Of a DNA stretch of 64,000 bases, positions 43,627 to 53,421 are shown one piece after another (positions within the stretch are counted from its first letter, which is position 1; each line of letters begins with the position of its first letter). Both the position numbers and the translations under genes were made by a program. Origin of the DNA: an uncultured Acidobacteriota bacterium (GTDB lineage Bacteria > Acidobacteriota > Thermoanaerobaculia > UBA5066 > Gp7-AA6); NCBI GenBank assembly GCA_963829925.1, contig CAWHKQ010000016.1, forward strand, positions 74,213 to 138,212. The letters run 5' to 3'. The notes under the pieces are model-generated. The model saw nothing but the letters and a program-made list of their open reading frames with translations. It did no database searches and was not told the DNA's origin.

Positions 43627-43806
43627 GGAGCCCTCCCGGATCTCGGCCGATGATACGCGCCTTGCCGTCGAGCCGAGCCCGAATCAAGGCGCCGACCCCC
43701 GCCGGAGACGGAGAACTTCGCATGCACGGTCCTTTCGCTCCCGGACGAGCCCGTGGTCGAGAACACGAACGAGGGGCGCCGACGACTCCGGGACGCGGCA
43801 CTCTTG

Positions 43807-43812
43807 TAGAAT
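43807..43812 (+). promoter_or_regulatory. candidate -10 box TAGAAT upstream of prs
   Basis: cttgTAGAATCccctc lies 8 nt before the TTG 43821 start candidate. Confidence 0.35.
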
Positions 43813-43820
43813 CCCCTCGC

Positions 43821-44783
43821 TTGGCCACGCACGCCTTCAACTACGGCGATCTGAAAATCTTCTCGGGCCGCGCGCACGCCGGCGCTCGCGCAGGAGATCT
43901 GCGCGTATCTGGGGATCCCGCTCGGGCAGCTGACGCTCTACAACTTCTCCGACGGCGAGGTCTACTGCCAGATCGACGAGAACGTCCGCGGCGCGGACGT
44001 GTTCGTGGTGCAGCCGACCTGCTCCCCGGTCAACGACCACATGATGGAGCTGCTGATCCTGCTCGACGCGTTCCGGCGTTCCTCGGCTTCCCGCCTCACG
44101 GCGGTGATGCCCTACTTCGGATACGCGCGGCAGGACAAGAAGGACAAGCCCCGCGTCCCGATCGCGGCCAAGCTGATGGCCGACCTCCTGACCGCCGCCG
44201 GCACGGACCGCATCCTGACCATGGACCTGCACGCCGCCCAGATCCAGGGGTTCTTCAACATCCCGGTGGATCACCTCTTCGCGGCGCCCGTGCTCCTGGA
44301 GGCGATTCGGAAGCTCGACGCTCGACGACCTCGTCATCGTGTCGCCGGACGTCGGCGGGCTGACGCGCGCCCGGGCAATCGCCAAGCGCCTGGACGCCTC
44401 CCTGGCCGTCATCGACAAGCGGCGGACCGGCAAGAACGAGACCGAGATCCTGCAATGTCGTCGGCGAGGTCGAGGGGAAGGACGTCCTGATCCTGGACGA
44501 CATCATCGACACCGCCGGGACCCTCGTCCAGGCCGAGGATGCCCTGCGGCGCCAGGGGGCCAAGCGCACGTTCGCGGCCGCGGTCCACGGTGTCTTTTCG
44601 GGCCCCGCGCTCGACCGGATCGAGGGCTCCGGACTGGAGTCTCTGCTGGTCACCAACACCATCCCTGTCGAGGCCGCGATGGCCCGAACCCCCCGGATCC
44701 GGGCCCTTTCCGTGGCGCCTCTGCTGGGCGAAGCCATCCAGCGGATCCACGACGGGGCTTCCGTTTCCTCGCTTTTTGTGTAG
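43821..44783 (+). CDS. prs: ribose-phosphate pyrophosphokinase, at least 3 apparent frameshifts
   Basis: [97 protein letters not shown], then [20 protein letters not shown] and [14 protein letters not shown]...VTNTIP...[24 protein letters not shown], in alternating frames. TAG at 44781-44783. Confidence 0.9.
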
Positions 44784-44786
44784 AAT
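44781..44786 (+). promoter_or_regulatory. candidate -10 box TAGAAT upstream of rplY (overlaps the prs stop)
   Basis: gtgTAGAATCcgcctc lies 37 nt before ATG 44824, which has a GGAG Shine-Dalgarno. Confidence 0.3.
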
Positions 44787-44823
44787 CCGCCTCTTTGCGC
44801 GGGACTTCCGCGCGGAGTAGGCC

Positions 44824-45528
44824 ATGAAAACGATCGAACTCAGCGTCGAGAAGCGCTCGACGACCGGCAAGGGAGAGGCTCGGCGCGTGCGCGCAGGCGG
44901 GCGCATCCCGGGCGTCGTGTACGGCGCGAACAAGCCGAACGTCCCGATCTCCCTCGACCGCAAGGCCCTGGCGGACCTGTTTCGCGAGGGGGCGGGCGAA
45001 AACGCCATTTTCCTCCTGAAACTGGCCGGGTCCGACCAGAGCCGCCACGCGATGATCCGCGAGCTCCAGCGGGACCCCGTTTCGCGCAAGCCCCTCCACG
45101 TCGATTTCGTGCGTGTCCTGATGGACGTCAAGATCACCGTCGAGGTCCCGATCGAGGTCGTCGGCGTCGCGCGAGGCGTGAAGACCGACGGCGGCATCCT
45201 CGACCTCGTGACCCGGGAGATCGAGATCGAGTGCCTTCCGACGAACATTCCGGCGCACATCGCGGTGGACGTCAGCAATCTCGGCATCGGCGACGCCATC
45301 CGCGTGTCGGATCTTCCGCCGATCGAGGGCGTCAGGATCGTGGACAACCCGGAAAAGGTCGTCGTCCACGTCGCTCATCCGACTCGCGAGGAGGAGCCGG
45401 TGGCCGCCACGGCCGAGGGCGTCACCGAGCTCGCCGAGCCCGAGGTCCTGAAGAAGGGCAAGGCCGTGAGCGAGGAGGAAGAGGCGGAGGAGAAGACCGA
45501 CAAGAAGGAGAAGGAAAAGGAGAAGTAG
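44824..45528 (+). CDS. rplY: 50S ribosomal protein L25 / general stress protein Ctc, intact
   Basis: ORF 44824..45528 (234 aa): [24 protein letters not shown]...AIFLLKL...[19 protein letters not shown]..., with an acidic/lysine-rich tail. Confidence 0.92.
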   Translation: MKTIELSVEKRSTTGKGEARRVRAGGRIPGVVYGANKPNVPISLDRKALADLFREGAGENAIFLLKLAGSDQSRHAMIRELQRDPVSRKPLHVDFVRVLMDVKITVEVPIEVVGVARGVKTDGGILDLVTREIEIECLPTNIPAHIAVDVSNLGIGDAIRVSDLPPIEGVRIVDNPEKVVVHVAHPTREEEPVAATAEGVTELAEPEVLKKGKAVSEEEEAEEKTDKKEKEKEK

Positions 45529-45531
45529 CCT

Positions 45532-46134
45532 CTGCTGCACGCGATCGTCGGCCTCGGGAATCCGGGGGACGACTACGAAACGACCCGCCACAACGCGGGG
45601 TTTCGCGTCGTCGAGGCGCTGGCGGAGGAGGCGGGGATACGGATCCGGTCGCGCGAGTGCTCCTCGCGAGTGGGCCGGGGAAGGATCGGGGAGGCCGCGG
45701 TGCTCCTCGCCCTTCCGCAGACGTTCATGAATGCCTCGGGCGAGGCGGTTCGAGCTCTTTCTCAAAAGCACAGCGTCGACCCCTCGGGGCTCCTCGTCGT
45801 CGTGGACGACATCGACCTCCCGCTCGGGACCCTGCGCCTGCGGGCGCGCGGCTCGGCCGGGGGACAGAAAGGGCTCCGATCGGTCATCGCGCATCTCGGC
45901 ACCACGGAGTTCCCGCGGCTGCGGATCGGAATCCGGGGCGAGCGGTACTCCCGCCAGAGGGACCTTGCGGACTACGTCCTCGAGCCCTTCCCGAAAGCCG
46001 AGCGCGAACAATTCGAAGAGAGCGTCGGGCGGGCCGCGGAGGCCCTCCGGCTCTGGCTGACGCAAGGAATCGACGCCGCGATGCGGCGAGCGAATCATTC
46101 ACCTTCCTCTCCGGGCCCTGCCGACCCGGATTGA
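45532..46134 (+). CDS. pth: peptidyl-tRNA hydrolase; no canonical start codon visible (CTG 45532 or lost start)
   Basis: LLHAIVGLGNPGDDYETTRHNAGFRVVEALA...LPQTFMNASGEAV...LLVVVDDIDLPLGTLRLRARGSAGGQKGLRS, in frame with ORF 45670..46134. Confidence 0.88.
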   Translation: MLHAIVGLGNPGDDYETTRHNAGFRVVEALAEEAGIRIRSRECSSRVGRGRIGEAAVLLALPQTFMNASGEAVRALSQKHSVDPSGLLVVVDDIDLPLGTLRLRARGSAGGQKGLRSVIAHLGTTEFPRLRIGIRGERYSRQRDLADYVLEPFPKAEREQFEESVGRAAEALRLWLTQGIDAAMRRANHSPSSPGPADPD

Positions 46135-46153
46135 CATCCATGAGGAGGCATCC

Positions 46154-46570
46154 ATGAGGCTGTACGACATCGTCGTCCTGGTCACGCCCGACCTGAACGA
46201 CGACGACGCGGCGAAAGTCGCGGGCGAATACAAGAAGATCCTGGTGGACGGCGGGGCGAACGTCGTGAAAGACGAGCCGTGGGGCAAGCGCCGGCTCGCC
46301 TTTCCCATCCTGCGAAAGCGCGAAGCCCACTACGTGTACTGGCAGGTCGAGGCGGACCCGAAGGTCGTGGCCGAGGCGGAGCGCCGCATGGGCCTCTCGG
46401 ACCAGGTCCTCCGGCACCTCGCCGTCCGCGTCGACGAAGAGCTCAAGCGCGCCGGCAAGATGGCCGAGCGGCTGAGGATCAAGGCGGTGAAGCGGCCGCC
46501 GCGGCCGCCGGCGCCCGCGGCGGAAACGCCGGCGGAGAGCGCCGCGCCCGTGGAAAGGAGCGAGCCATGA
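46154..46570 (+). CDS. rpsF: 30S ribosomal protein S6, intact
   Basis: [69 protein letters not shown]. Confidence 0.92.
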   Translation: MRLYDIVVLVTPDLNDDDAAKVAGEYKKILVDGGANVVKDEPWGKRRLAFPILRKREAHYVYWQVEADPKVVAEAERRMGLSDQVLRHLAVRVDEELKRAGKMAERLRIKAVKRPPRPPAPAAETPAESAAPVERSEP

Positions 46571-46869
46571 GGATGGGCGGAGGTTCAGGACGGGGCCCGG
46601 CCGGCCGGGGCGCGGCCGCGGGACGCGACGGCAAGGGCGGCCCGCGCAAGAAGTTCTTCGTCCGGCGCCGGAAGGTCTGCAAGTTCTGTGCGGAGAAGCT
46701 CGAGTACATCGACTGGAAGGACGTCAAGCTGCTGCAGGGCTTCATCCCGGAGAGGGGCAAGATCCTGCCGCGGCGCATCTCGGGAACGTGCGCGCTGCAC
46801 CAGCGCAAGCTGCAGACGGCCATCAAGCGCGCGCGCTCGATCGCTCTGCTGCCCTACGCGACGGACTGA
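46567..46869 (+). CDS. rpsR: 30S ribosomal protein S18, intact
   Basis: From ATG 46567 inside ORF 46279..46869: [70 protein letters not shown]. Confidence 0.92.
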   Translation: MRMGGGSGRGPAGRGAAAGRDGKGGPRKKFFVRRRKVCKFCAEKLEYIDWKDVKLLQGFIPERGKILPRRISGTCALHQRKLQTAIKRARSIALLPYATD

Positions 46870-46891
46870 GAGGAGTACCGATCTCTCGTGC

Positions 46892-47881
46892 ATGAGCTCC
46901 TCCCCGGTCCCGGCTGAGCCCGCCCGCGGCCCGATGGGCCGGTTCGAGATCCCGCTCGCCGCGCTGGCGGCGGCCGGCTCGTTCGCCCTCCTCTTCGTGG
47001 TCCCCGTCGTGGGCGCCCTGGGGGTGCCTTTCGCGGCCGTGCCGGTGGTTCGCCTGGCGCACCGGCGCGGACTCGTCGCGGCGATGCTGGCGTGCGCGCT
47101 GGCGACCGCGATCATCCTCGGGCTCGGCTGGGCGACGGGCGGCCCGGGGGCCGGAATCGCGATGGCGTTCCTCGCGGCGGCCGTCACGTCGCTGCCGGCG
47201 GCGAGCGTCGGGTTTCTGCGGGCCGGGGTGGATCCTTCGCGGTGTTACCTCGGTCTCTGCATCGCGGGCTGCGCGTTTCTTTCGGCGACTTTCGCCGCGT
47301 CCTCGAGCGGTCCCGGCCCCTCGGCCGCGTCGGAGGTGGCCGCCGCGTTCGACCGCCTGATCCCGGCGGCCATCGAGTCCTCCACCCGCTCGGGTGCCGA
47401 CGCCGAGACCATCGCGCGGATGCGGCTGACCCTCCAGGGGGCCCGTGAGTTCGCGCGACGGTACCTGTGGGGGCTGTTCGGAGCGTTCTGGGTGCTCGGC
47501 AGCGCTATCGCGGTCTACGCCGGCGCCCGCGCCGCCCGGCCGATCCCGACGGCGGAGGTGACCCGGTTCGAGACCCTGCGCGTCCCGGCTCTGGCCGCGG
47601 GGCTCTTCGTGGCCACGGGGGCTGCCTTCGGACTGCTGCAAGGGGAGGGGAGGCGCCTGGCCGGCAACCTCCTGCTGCCGCTGCTGGCCTTGTTTTTCGT
47701 CGCCGGTCTCTCTATCATCTGCCACTTCTTCCGCAGATGGTTCCGGGTCCGTATTCTGCGGGCGGGTCTGTATGCCCTGGCCGCCTACTTTCCGATCAAC
47801 GTCGGTGTGGCGCTCCTGGGGCTCTTCGACTGGTACGTGGATTTCCGCCGAAGGGGCGAGAAAGTAACCGAGAAATCATGA
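46892..47881 (+). CDS. DUF2232 (YybS-like) multi-pass membrane protein, intact
   Basis: From ATG 46892 inside ORF 46688..47881. It has multiple TM helices, and its position between rpsR and rplI matches yybS in Firmicutes. Confidence 0.7.
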   Translation: MSSSPVPAEPARGPMGRFEIPLAALAAAGSFALLFVVPVVGALGVPFAAVPVVRLAHRRGLVAAMLACALATAIILGLGWATGGPGAGIAMAFLAAAVTSLPAASVGFLRAGVDPSRCYLGLCIAGCAFLSATFAASSSGPGPSAASEVAAAFDRLIPAAIESSTRSGADAETIARMRLTLQGAREFARRYLWGLFGAFWVLGSAIAVYAGARAARPIPTAEVTRFETLRVPALAAGLFVATGAAFGLLQGEGRRLAGNLLLPLLALFFVAGLSIICHFFRRWFRVRILRAGLYALAAYFPINVGVALLGLFDWYVDFRRRGEKVTEKS

Positions 47882-48408
47882 AAGTCATTCTGGCCGACGA
47901 TATCCGCGGGCTGGGCAACCGGGGCGAGACGGTCACCGTCAAGCCCGGCTACGCGCGCAACTTCCTCTTCCCCCAGGGCATCGCCTGGGAGGCCACGGAC
48001 GCCAACGTGCGCCGGCTCTCGGAGGAGAGGAAAAAGTACGACGAGAAAACGCTCCGCGAGAAGGGCGTCGCCGAAGAGGTGGCCCGGAAGGTCGAAGGCA
48101 CGACCGTGGTGATCTCCAAGAAGGCGGGCGACGAGGACCAGCTCTACGGCTCCGTGACCGCCTCCGAGATCGCCGATGCCCTGGCGGCCAGAGGCATCGA
48201 GGTGGACCGGCGGCGCGTGGAACTCGCCGAGCCCATCCGCCGGCTCGGCGCCCACACCGTCCACGTGCGGCTCCACCGGGACGTCGTCGCCACGCTGAAC
48301 GTGGACGTCCAGGCCTCGAACGCGCCTCCGCCTCGTAGCGGCCTTCAGCGCGGCGGCGGTGGCGCCGGGACGCCGGGTTCGGCGATCTCGCCCTTCTTCG
48401 GCACGTAG
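47878..48408 (+). CDS. rplI: 50S ribosomal protein L9 with about 25-aa C-terminal extension
   Basis: MKVILADDIRGLGNRGETVTVKPGYARNFLFPQGIAWEATDANV...VISKKAGDEDQLYGSVTASEIADAL...HVRLHRDVVATLNVDV. The frame stays open to 48408 and overlaps the 3' end of the convergent PBP1A gene. Confidence 0.88.
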   Translation: MKVILADDIRGLGNRGETVTVKPGYARNFLFPQGIAWEATDANVRRLSEERKKYDEKTLREKGVAEEVARKVEGTTVVISKKAGDEDQLYGSVTASEIADALAARGIEVDRRRVELAEPIRRLGAHTVHVRLHRDVVATLNVDVQASNAPPPRSGLQRGGGGAGTPGSAISPFFGT

Positions 48409-50783
48409 AAGGGCTGCTGCAGCGACCACGGGAGCTTCGCGATCTCCTGCGAACGGGAGTTCCACTCCTCGGTGGGCTGCGAGCCGCTCACGAACGTCTC
48501 GAGGACGGGATGGGGGCTGTCGGGAGTCGCCTTGAGCCCGGTCTCGTAGTCGACCGGCGTGAACACGATGTTGGGCGGCGCCTCGAAGTCCTCCTGCGGG
48601 TCGATGCGGCCCTGGTCCTTCATCTTCTCCACGACCCGGATCCAGATGGGCAGGGCCACCTTGGCGCCGTCGGCCCCGCGGCCGATCGAGCGGGTCTTCT
48701 GGTCGTTCCCGACCCAGACGCCGATGGTGTACCGGGGCGTCATCCCGATGAACCAGGCGTCCGTATAGTCGTTGGTCGTTCCGGTCTTGCCCGCGATCGG
48801 CAGCTTGAGTCGGGCGGCCGACCCGGCGGTGCCGCGCTGCGTGACGCCGCGCAGGATCTGGAGAAGCTGGAAGGCGGCCTGGGGCGTCTCGACCTCCCGC
48901 GCGTCCGGGTGCGTCTGCTCGAGCAGGTCGCCGTTGGAGTCGGTGATGCGCTCGACGAGATACGGCGGAAACGCGAGGCCCTGGTTGGCGAACACGGAGT
49001 AAGCCGTGGTCAGCTCGAGCAGCGTGACCTCGAAGGCGCCGAGGGCCAGGGAGGGATACGCGCTCAGGTTCTGGCGCACTCCCAGACGCCGCGCGGTCTC
49101 GATGACGTGCGACAGGCCCACCATCCGGGCCACGCGGACCGCGGGAACGTTGTAGGAGTGCTCCAGCGCCTTCCGGAACGTCACGATCCCGTGAAACTTG
49201 CCGTCGTAGTTGTTCGGCCGGTAGGGCGGCTGCCGGGGATCGATCACGATCGAGAGCGGTCCGTCGAAGACCGTGTCCGCGGCGGTGAAGCCCTGCTCGA
49301 GCGCCGTCAGGTAGACGAACGGTTTGAAAGCGGAGCCCGCCTGGCGCAGCGCCTGGGTCGATCGGTTGAACTTCGACTGGGTCCAGTCGTACCCGCCCAC
49401 CATCGCGCGAACGGCGCCGCTGGCGTTCTCGAGAATCAGGACGGCGCCCTGCTCCCGCGGGTCCTGGTCGAGGACGAGGGTGACCGGTTCGTTGGTGACC
49501 GCCGGGCTCTGCTCGGCGCTGCCTGTGGCCGGGGCTTTGCCCTTAGCGGGCGCCTTTGCAGGGGCCGCCGTCACGGTGATGAGGTCGCCGGGTTTCAGGA
49601 TCTTCGCCGCCGTGGCGGCCTCGGTCCATTTGACGCCCGCGTTGGGGAGAGTCAGCACCCGATCCTTCACACGCACCTCGGCGCCCTCCTTGGAGACGCG
49701 GAGGACGACGCCGCGCAGCGCCGCGCCGTCCTCGAGGCGCGCGCCTTCCCACGAGGGGTCGATGTACGTGTCCAGTGAACGGTAGCCCTCCTTCAGCAGA
49801 TTGCGCGGGGGCTGAAATCCGTGGCGGCGGCTGAGCCGGCGCAACCCCCAGCCCAGGGCCTCCTCCGACCAGGCCTGCAGCTCCGGGTCGAGGGTCGATT
49901 CGACACGCAGGCCGCGGGCGTAGAGGTCCTTCTCGCCGTAGGTCCTCTCGAGGTACTGGCGGATCTCCTCGCAGAAGTAGGGGGCCACGATCGACTCCGG
50001 CAAGGAGGGGGCCGCCGGCAGCGGCTCGCCCTCCGCGGCGCGCCGCTCGGCCTCCGTGATGTAGCCGGCGGCGAGCATCCGCCGCAGCGCCGTCGCCCTC
50101 CGCGACTTCGCCAGGGCGGGATTGCGGAACGGCGACTGGTCCTCCGGCCTCTGCACGATCCCGGCGAGCAGGGCGGCCTCGGCCAGCGTCACGTCCTTGA
50201 CGCCCTTGCCGAAGTAGTACCGGCAGGCCGCCTCGACGCCGTAGTTGCCGTGCCCGAGGTAGATCTCGTTGGCGTACATGGTCAGGATCTGGTCCTTCGA
50301 GTAGCGCCTCTCGATCTCGAACGCCACGAGCGCCTCGTTGAACTTTCGCGAGAGAGTCTTGCGGGGCGACAGAAAGATGGCGCGGGCGAGCTGCTGGGTG
50401 AGCGTCGAGCCTCCCTGCGCGTAGCCGCGTTGCTGGACGTTGGTCATGAGGGCGGACACCGTCCGGGGAACGTCCACGCCGCCGTGATGGAAGAAGTTCT
50501 TGTCCTCCGTCGCGATCAGGGCGTTGCGCACGGACGCCGGGATCTCCGCCCGGGAGATCAGGATCCGGCGCTCGATGGCGTAGCGGGCGATGGTCGACCC
50601 GTCCCGGGAAGTGATCTGGGTGATGATGTCCGGCCGGTACGTCGCCAGCTGCTGGACGCGAGGCACCCGGACGAAGTTGGTGGCGAAGGACCCCGCCACC
50701 GAGCCGAGGAGGGCCACCAGGACGAGGGGGAGCAGGAGGACGGCGGCGCGCCGCGTCTTTCGCACCCGGCGATTGTGAGGCAT
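48345..50783 (-). CDS. mrcA: penicillin-binding protein 1A (bifunctional transglycosylase/transpeptidase), intact
   Basis: ORF 48345..50783 (812 aa). GT51 motifs ATEDKNFFHHGGVD, GGSTLTQQLAR and RKFNEALVAFEIE. Transpeptidase motifs GSAFKPFVY, SYN and GKTGTTND. Confidence 0.93.
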   Translation of the reverse strand: MPHNRRVRKTRRAAVLLLPLVLVALLGSVAGSFATNFVRVPRVQQLATYRPDIITQITSRDGSTIARYAIERRILISRAEIPASVRNALIATEDKNFFHHGGVDVPRTVSALMTNVQQRGYAQGGSTLTQQLARAIFLSPRKTLSRKFNEALVAFEIERRYSKDQILTMYANEIYLGHGNYGVEAACRYYFGKGVKDVTLAEAALLAGIVQRPEDQSPFRNPALAKSRRATALRRMLAAGYITEAERRAAEGEPLPAAPSLPESIVAPYFCEEIRQYLERTYGEKDLYARGLRVESTLDPELQAWSEEALGWGLRRLSRRHGFQPPRNLLKEGYRSLDTYIDPSWEGARLEDGAALRGVVLRVSKEGAEVRVKDRVLTLPNAGVKWTEAATAAKILKPGDLITVTAAPAKAPAKGKAPATGSAEQSPAVTNEPVTLVLDQDPREQGAVLILENASGAVRAMVGGYDWTQSKFNRSTQALRQAGSAFKPFVYLTALEQGFTAADTVFDGPLSIVIDPRQPPYRPNNYDGKFHGIVTFRKALEHSYNVPAVRVARMVGLSHVIETARRLGVRQNLSAYPSLALGAFEVTLLELTTAYSVFANQGLAFPPYLVERITDSNGDLLEQTHPDAREVETPQAAFQLLQILRGVTQRGTAGSAARLKLPIAGKTGTTNDYTDAWFIGMTPRYTIGVWVGNDQKTRSIGRGADGAKVALPIWIRVVEKMKDQGRIDPQEDFEAPPNIVFTPVDYETGLKATPDSPHPVLETFVSGSQPTEEWNSRSQEIAKLPWSLQQPFYVPKKGEIAEPGVPAPPPPR

Positions 50784-50818
50784 CGCTCCTCGTTATGCTA
50801 TAAGCGGCCCCTCACGCG

Positions 50819-52894
50819 ATGCCCCGTCCTTCACGTTCCTCCGGTCCTCCCGCGTCCGTGCAACCCGGCAAGCCCGCCACCTACCTCGAGGCCCAGGCGG
50901 GCGCCGCCGGCACGTTCCGCCTGCAAACGGACTTCAAGCCTCAGGGGGACCAGGCCGCCGCGATCGACAAGCTCGTCGCGGGTCTGGCCGACGGCCGGCC
51001 AGACCAGGTGCTGCTCGGGGTGACGGGCTCCGGAAAGACTTTCACGATCGCGAAGGTCATCGAGGCCGTCAACCGGCCCACGCTCGTCCTGTCGCACAAC
51101 AAGACCCTCGCGGCGCAGCTCTACCAGGAGTTCCGGAGCTTCTTCCCGCAGAACGCGGTCGAGTACTTCGTCTCCTACTACGACTACTACCAGCCCGAGG
51201 CCTACGTTCCTCAGACCGACACCTACATCGAGAAGGAGACGTCCCGGAACGAAGAGATCGACAAGCTGCGCCTGGCGGCGTCCAAGGCCCTCTTCGAGCG
51301 CCGGGACGTCATCGTCGTCGCGTCGGTCTCGTGCATCTATGGCCTCGGCGCGCCCGAGTCCTATTACGACATGCTGGCGTACCTCGAGGTCGGCCAGACG
51401 CGCGGCATGCCGGCCCTGCTCGCGCAGCTCGTCGAGATGCAGTACGAGCGCACGAACCTGGACCTGACGCGCGGCGCCTTCCGCGTCCGCGGGGACGTGC
51501 TCGAGATCCAGCCGGCGTACGAGGACACGGCCGTCCGGGTCGAGTTCTTCGGAGACGAGATCGAGAAGATCACGCGGACCGATCCCCTGCGGGGCACTCC
51601 GTTGCAGCGACTGGACCGGCTCGCCCTCTATCCCCGGACCTTCTACGCGACGCCGCGCGAGACCCTCGAGCGCGCGATCGGGTCGATCCGGATCGAGCTC
51701 GACCAGCGTCTGGCCGAGCTGACGGCCGCCGGACGGCTGCTGGAGGCCCAGCGCCTGCACCAGCGGACGATGTTCGATCTCGAAATGATCAAGGAGCTCG
51801 GGTACTGCAACGGCATCGAAAACTACTCGCGGCACCTCTCCGGCCGGGCCGCGGGGGAGCCGCCGCCGACGCTGCTCGACTACTTCCCGAAAGACTTTCT
51901 CCTCGTCGTCGACGAGTCCCACGTCACCCTGCCGCAGGTGCGGGGCATGTTCTTCGGCGATCGCTCGCGCAAGCAGGTCCTGGTCGACTACGGGTTCCGG
52001 CTGCCGTCGGCGCTGGACAACCGGCCGCTGACCAACGAGGAGTTCCGGGAACGGATCCATCAGACGATCGCCGTCAGCGCAACCCCGGCGGCCGAAGAGC
52101 TCGAACGGGCCGGTGGCGAGATCGTCGAGCAGGTGATCCGCCCGACGGGCCTGCTGGATCCCGTCATCGAGATCCGGCCGGTCAAAGGCCAGGTCGACGA
52201 CCTTCTCGGGGTGGCGCGCGAGGCGGCGGGCGCCGGCGAGCGCGTCCTCGTCACGACGCTGACGAAACGGATGGCCGAGGAGCTGACGAACTACTTCTCG
52301 GAAGTGGGGGTGCGCGTCCGCTATCTCCATTCCGACATCGAGACCCTGGACCGCGTCAACATCCTTTCCGACTTCCGACGCGGCGTGTTCGACGTTCTCA
52401 TCGGCATCAACCTGCTGCGGGAAGGCCTGGATCTCCCGGAGGTCGCCGTCGTGGCGATCCTCGACGCCGACAAGGAGGGATTCCTCCGCAGCGAGACGTC
52501 GCTCATCCAGACGTCGGGCCGCGCGGCGCGCAACCTGAAGGGCCGCGTCCTCTTCTATGCCGACGTCGTGACCGACTCCATGAAGCGGGCGATCGAGGAG
52601 ACCACGCGCCGGCGAACCATCCAGGAGACGTACAACGTCGAGCACGGCATCGTTCCGGCGTCGATCGTCAAGCAGGTCAACTCGCCGCTCGTCCGGATGT
52701 CCAACCTCGACTACTACGAGATTCCGGTCAAGACGGACCCGGCGGATCTGCCGGATGCCGACTCGCTTCGGCGGCGCCTGACACAGCTCGAGAAGCAGAT
52801 GAAGGCGGCGGCAAAGGAGCTGGATTTCGAAAAGGCCGCGGCCTTGCGCGACGAGATCCGCGGCTTGAGGGAGCTGGAGATCTTCCGATCCTGA
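50819..52894 (+). CDS. uvrB: excinuclease ABC subunit B, intact
   Basis: ORF 50819..52894 (691 aa): [18 protein letters not shown]...[12 protein letters not shown]..., [31 protein letters not shown]. The C-terminal UVR domain is [20 protein letters not shown]. Confidence 0.95.
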   Translation: MPRPSRSSGPPASVQPGKPATYLEAQAGAAGTFRLQTDFKPQGDQAAAIDKLVAGLADGRPDQVLLGVTGSGKTFTIAKVIEAVNRPTLVLSHNKTLAAQLYQEFRSFFPQNAVEYFVSYYDYYQPEAYVPQTDTYIEKETSRNEEIDKLRLAASKALFERRDVIVVASVSCIYGLGAPESYYDMLAYLEVGQTRGMPALLAQLVEMQYERTNLDLTRGAFRVRGDVLEIQPAYEDTAVRVEFFGDEIEKITRTDPLRGTPLQRLDRLALYPRTFYATPRETLERAIGSIRIELDQRLAELTAAGRLLEAQRLHQRTMFDLEMIKELGYCNGIENYSRHLSGRAAGEPPPTLLDYFPKDFLLVVDESHVTLPQVRGMFFGDRSRKQVLVDYGFRLPSALDNRPLTNEEFRERIHQTIAVSATPAAEELERAGGEIVEQVIRPTGLLDPVIEIRPVKGQVDDLLGVAREAAGAGERVLVTTLTKRMAEELTNYFSEVGVRVRYLHSDIETLDRVNILSDFRRGVFDVLIGINLLREGLDLPEVAVVAILDADKEGFLRSETSLIQTSGRAARNLKGRVLFYADVVTDSMKRAIEETTRRRTIQETYNVEHGIVPASIVKQVNSPLVRMSNLDYYEIPVKTDPADLPDADSLRRRLTQLEKQMKAAAKELDFEKAAALRDEIRGLRELEIFRS

Positions 52895-52956
52895 CCTGTG
52901 TGACCGCCGGCCTCCGGCCGCGTTGCACTGCCGAGGGTCTGCCTTCGGTGGCCGGC

Positions 52957-53024
52957 TCGAAAAGGCCGCGGCCTTGCGCGACGAGATTCGGGGCCTCAGA
53001 GAACTGGAGATTTTCCGAGCGTAA
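52957..53024 (+). pseudogene. displaced second copy of the uvrB 3' end (UVR-domain tail) with its own stop
   Basis: tcgaaaaggccgcggccttgcgcgacgagat is identical to 52827-52857. The remaining 37 nt differ almost only at third codon positions. The copy encodes [22 protein letters not shown] plus TAA, against [22 protein letters not shown] plus TGA in uvrB. It is out of frame with uvrB. Confidence 0.75.
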
Positions 53025-53061
53025 CGCTCCGGAGTAACGGCCGTGCTACGCACGGCGTTCC

Positions 53062-53421
53062 CTACGGCCGGGAGTCCACCTCCGGTGGCCGGGTCGGTGG
53101 TCGGGTGGGCGTCTTCGTCGGGCCCGCGGCGTAGGGATTCCGCATCACGAAGATCCGCGCGGCGCGCTCGGAGGGGTCCTCGGACACCGGCATCCGGTCG
53201 AGCTTCGGCTTCAAGCCTTCCTCGACGCCGGCCGAGACGGAGATGCCGACGTTGCCGCTCCTGGTATAGGGCGAGAACGCCGTCGCGCTGGCCGGCCGGA
53301 GCCCGAAGGGGATCGAGCAGGGGATGGCCGCCTGGCAGCGCGAGAGAGGGACGATCTGCGCGAAGACCGGCGCAGCGGAGGCCAGAAGGAGCGCGGCGAG
53401 GATCCGGACCCGGGTGCTCAC
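53062..53421 (-). CDS. small secreted protein of unknown function
   Basis: From GTG 53421 inside ORF 53062..53619: VSTRVRILAALLLASAAPVFAQ (signal peptide), then IVPLSRCQAAIPCSIPFGLRP...RMPVSEDPSERAARIFVMRNPYAAGPTKTPTRPPTRPP. Confidence 0.55.
   Translation of the reverse strand: MSTRVRILAALLLASAAPVFAQIVPLSRCQAAIPCSIPFGLRPASATAFSPYTRSGNVGISVSAGVEEGLKPKLDRMPVSEDPSERAARIFVMRNPYAAGPTKTPTRPPTRPPEVDSRP

Noticed and set aside
53040-53056. The hairpin GCCGTGC-TAC-GCACGGC between the uvrB relic and the convergent small gene, considered as an intrinsic terminator.
   Set aside because: It has a 7-bp stem with a 3-nt loop and no following U-run, so it is too weak to annotate as a terminator. It is mentioned only as part of the repeated-motif observation.
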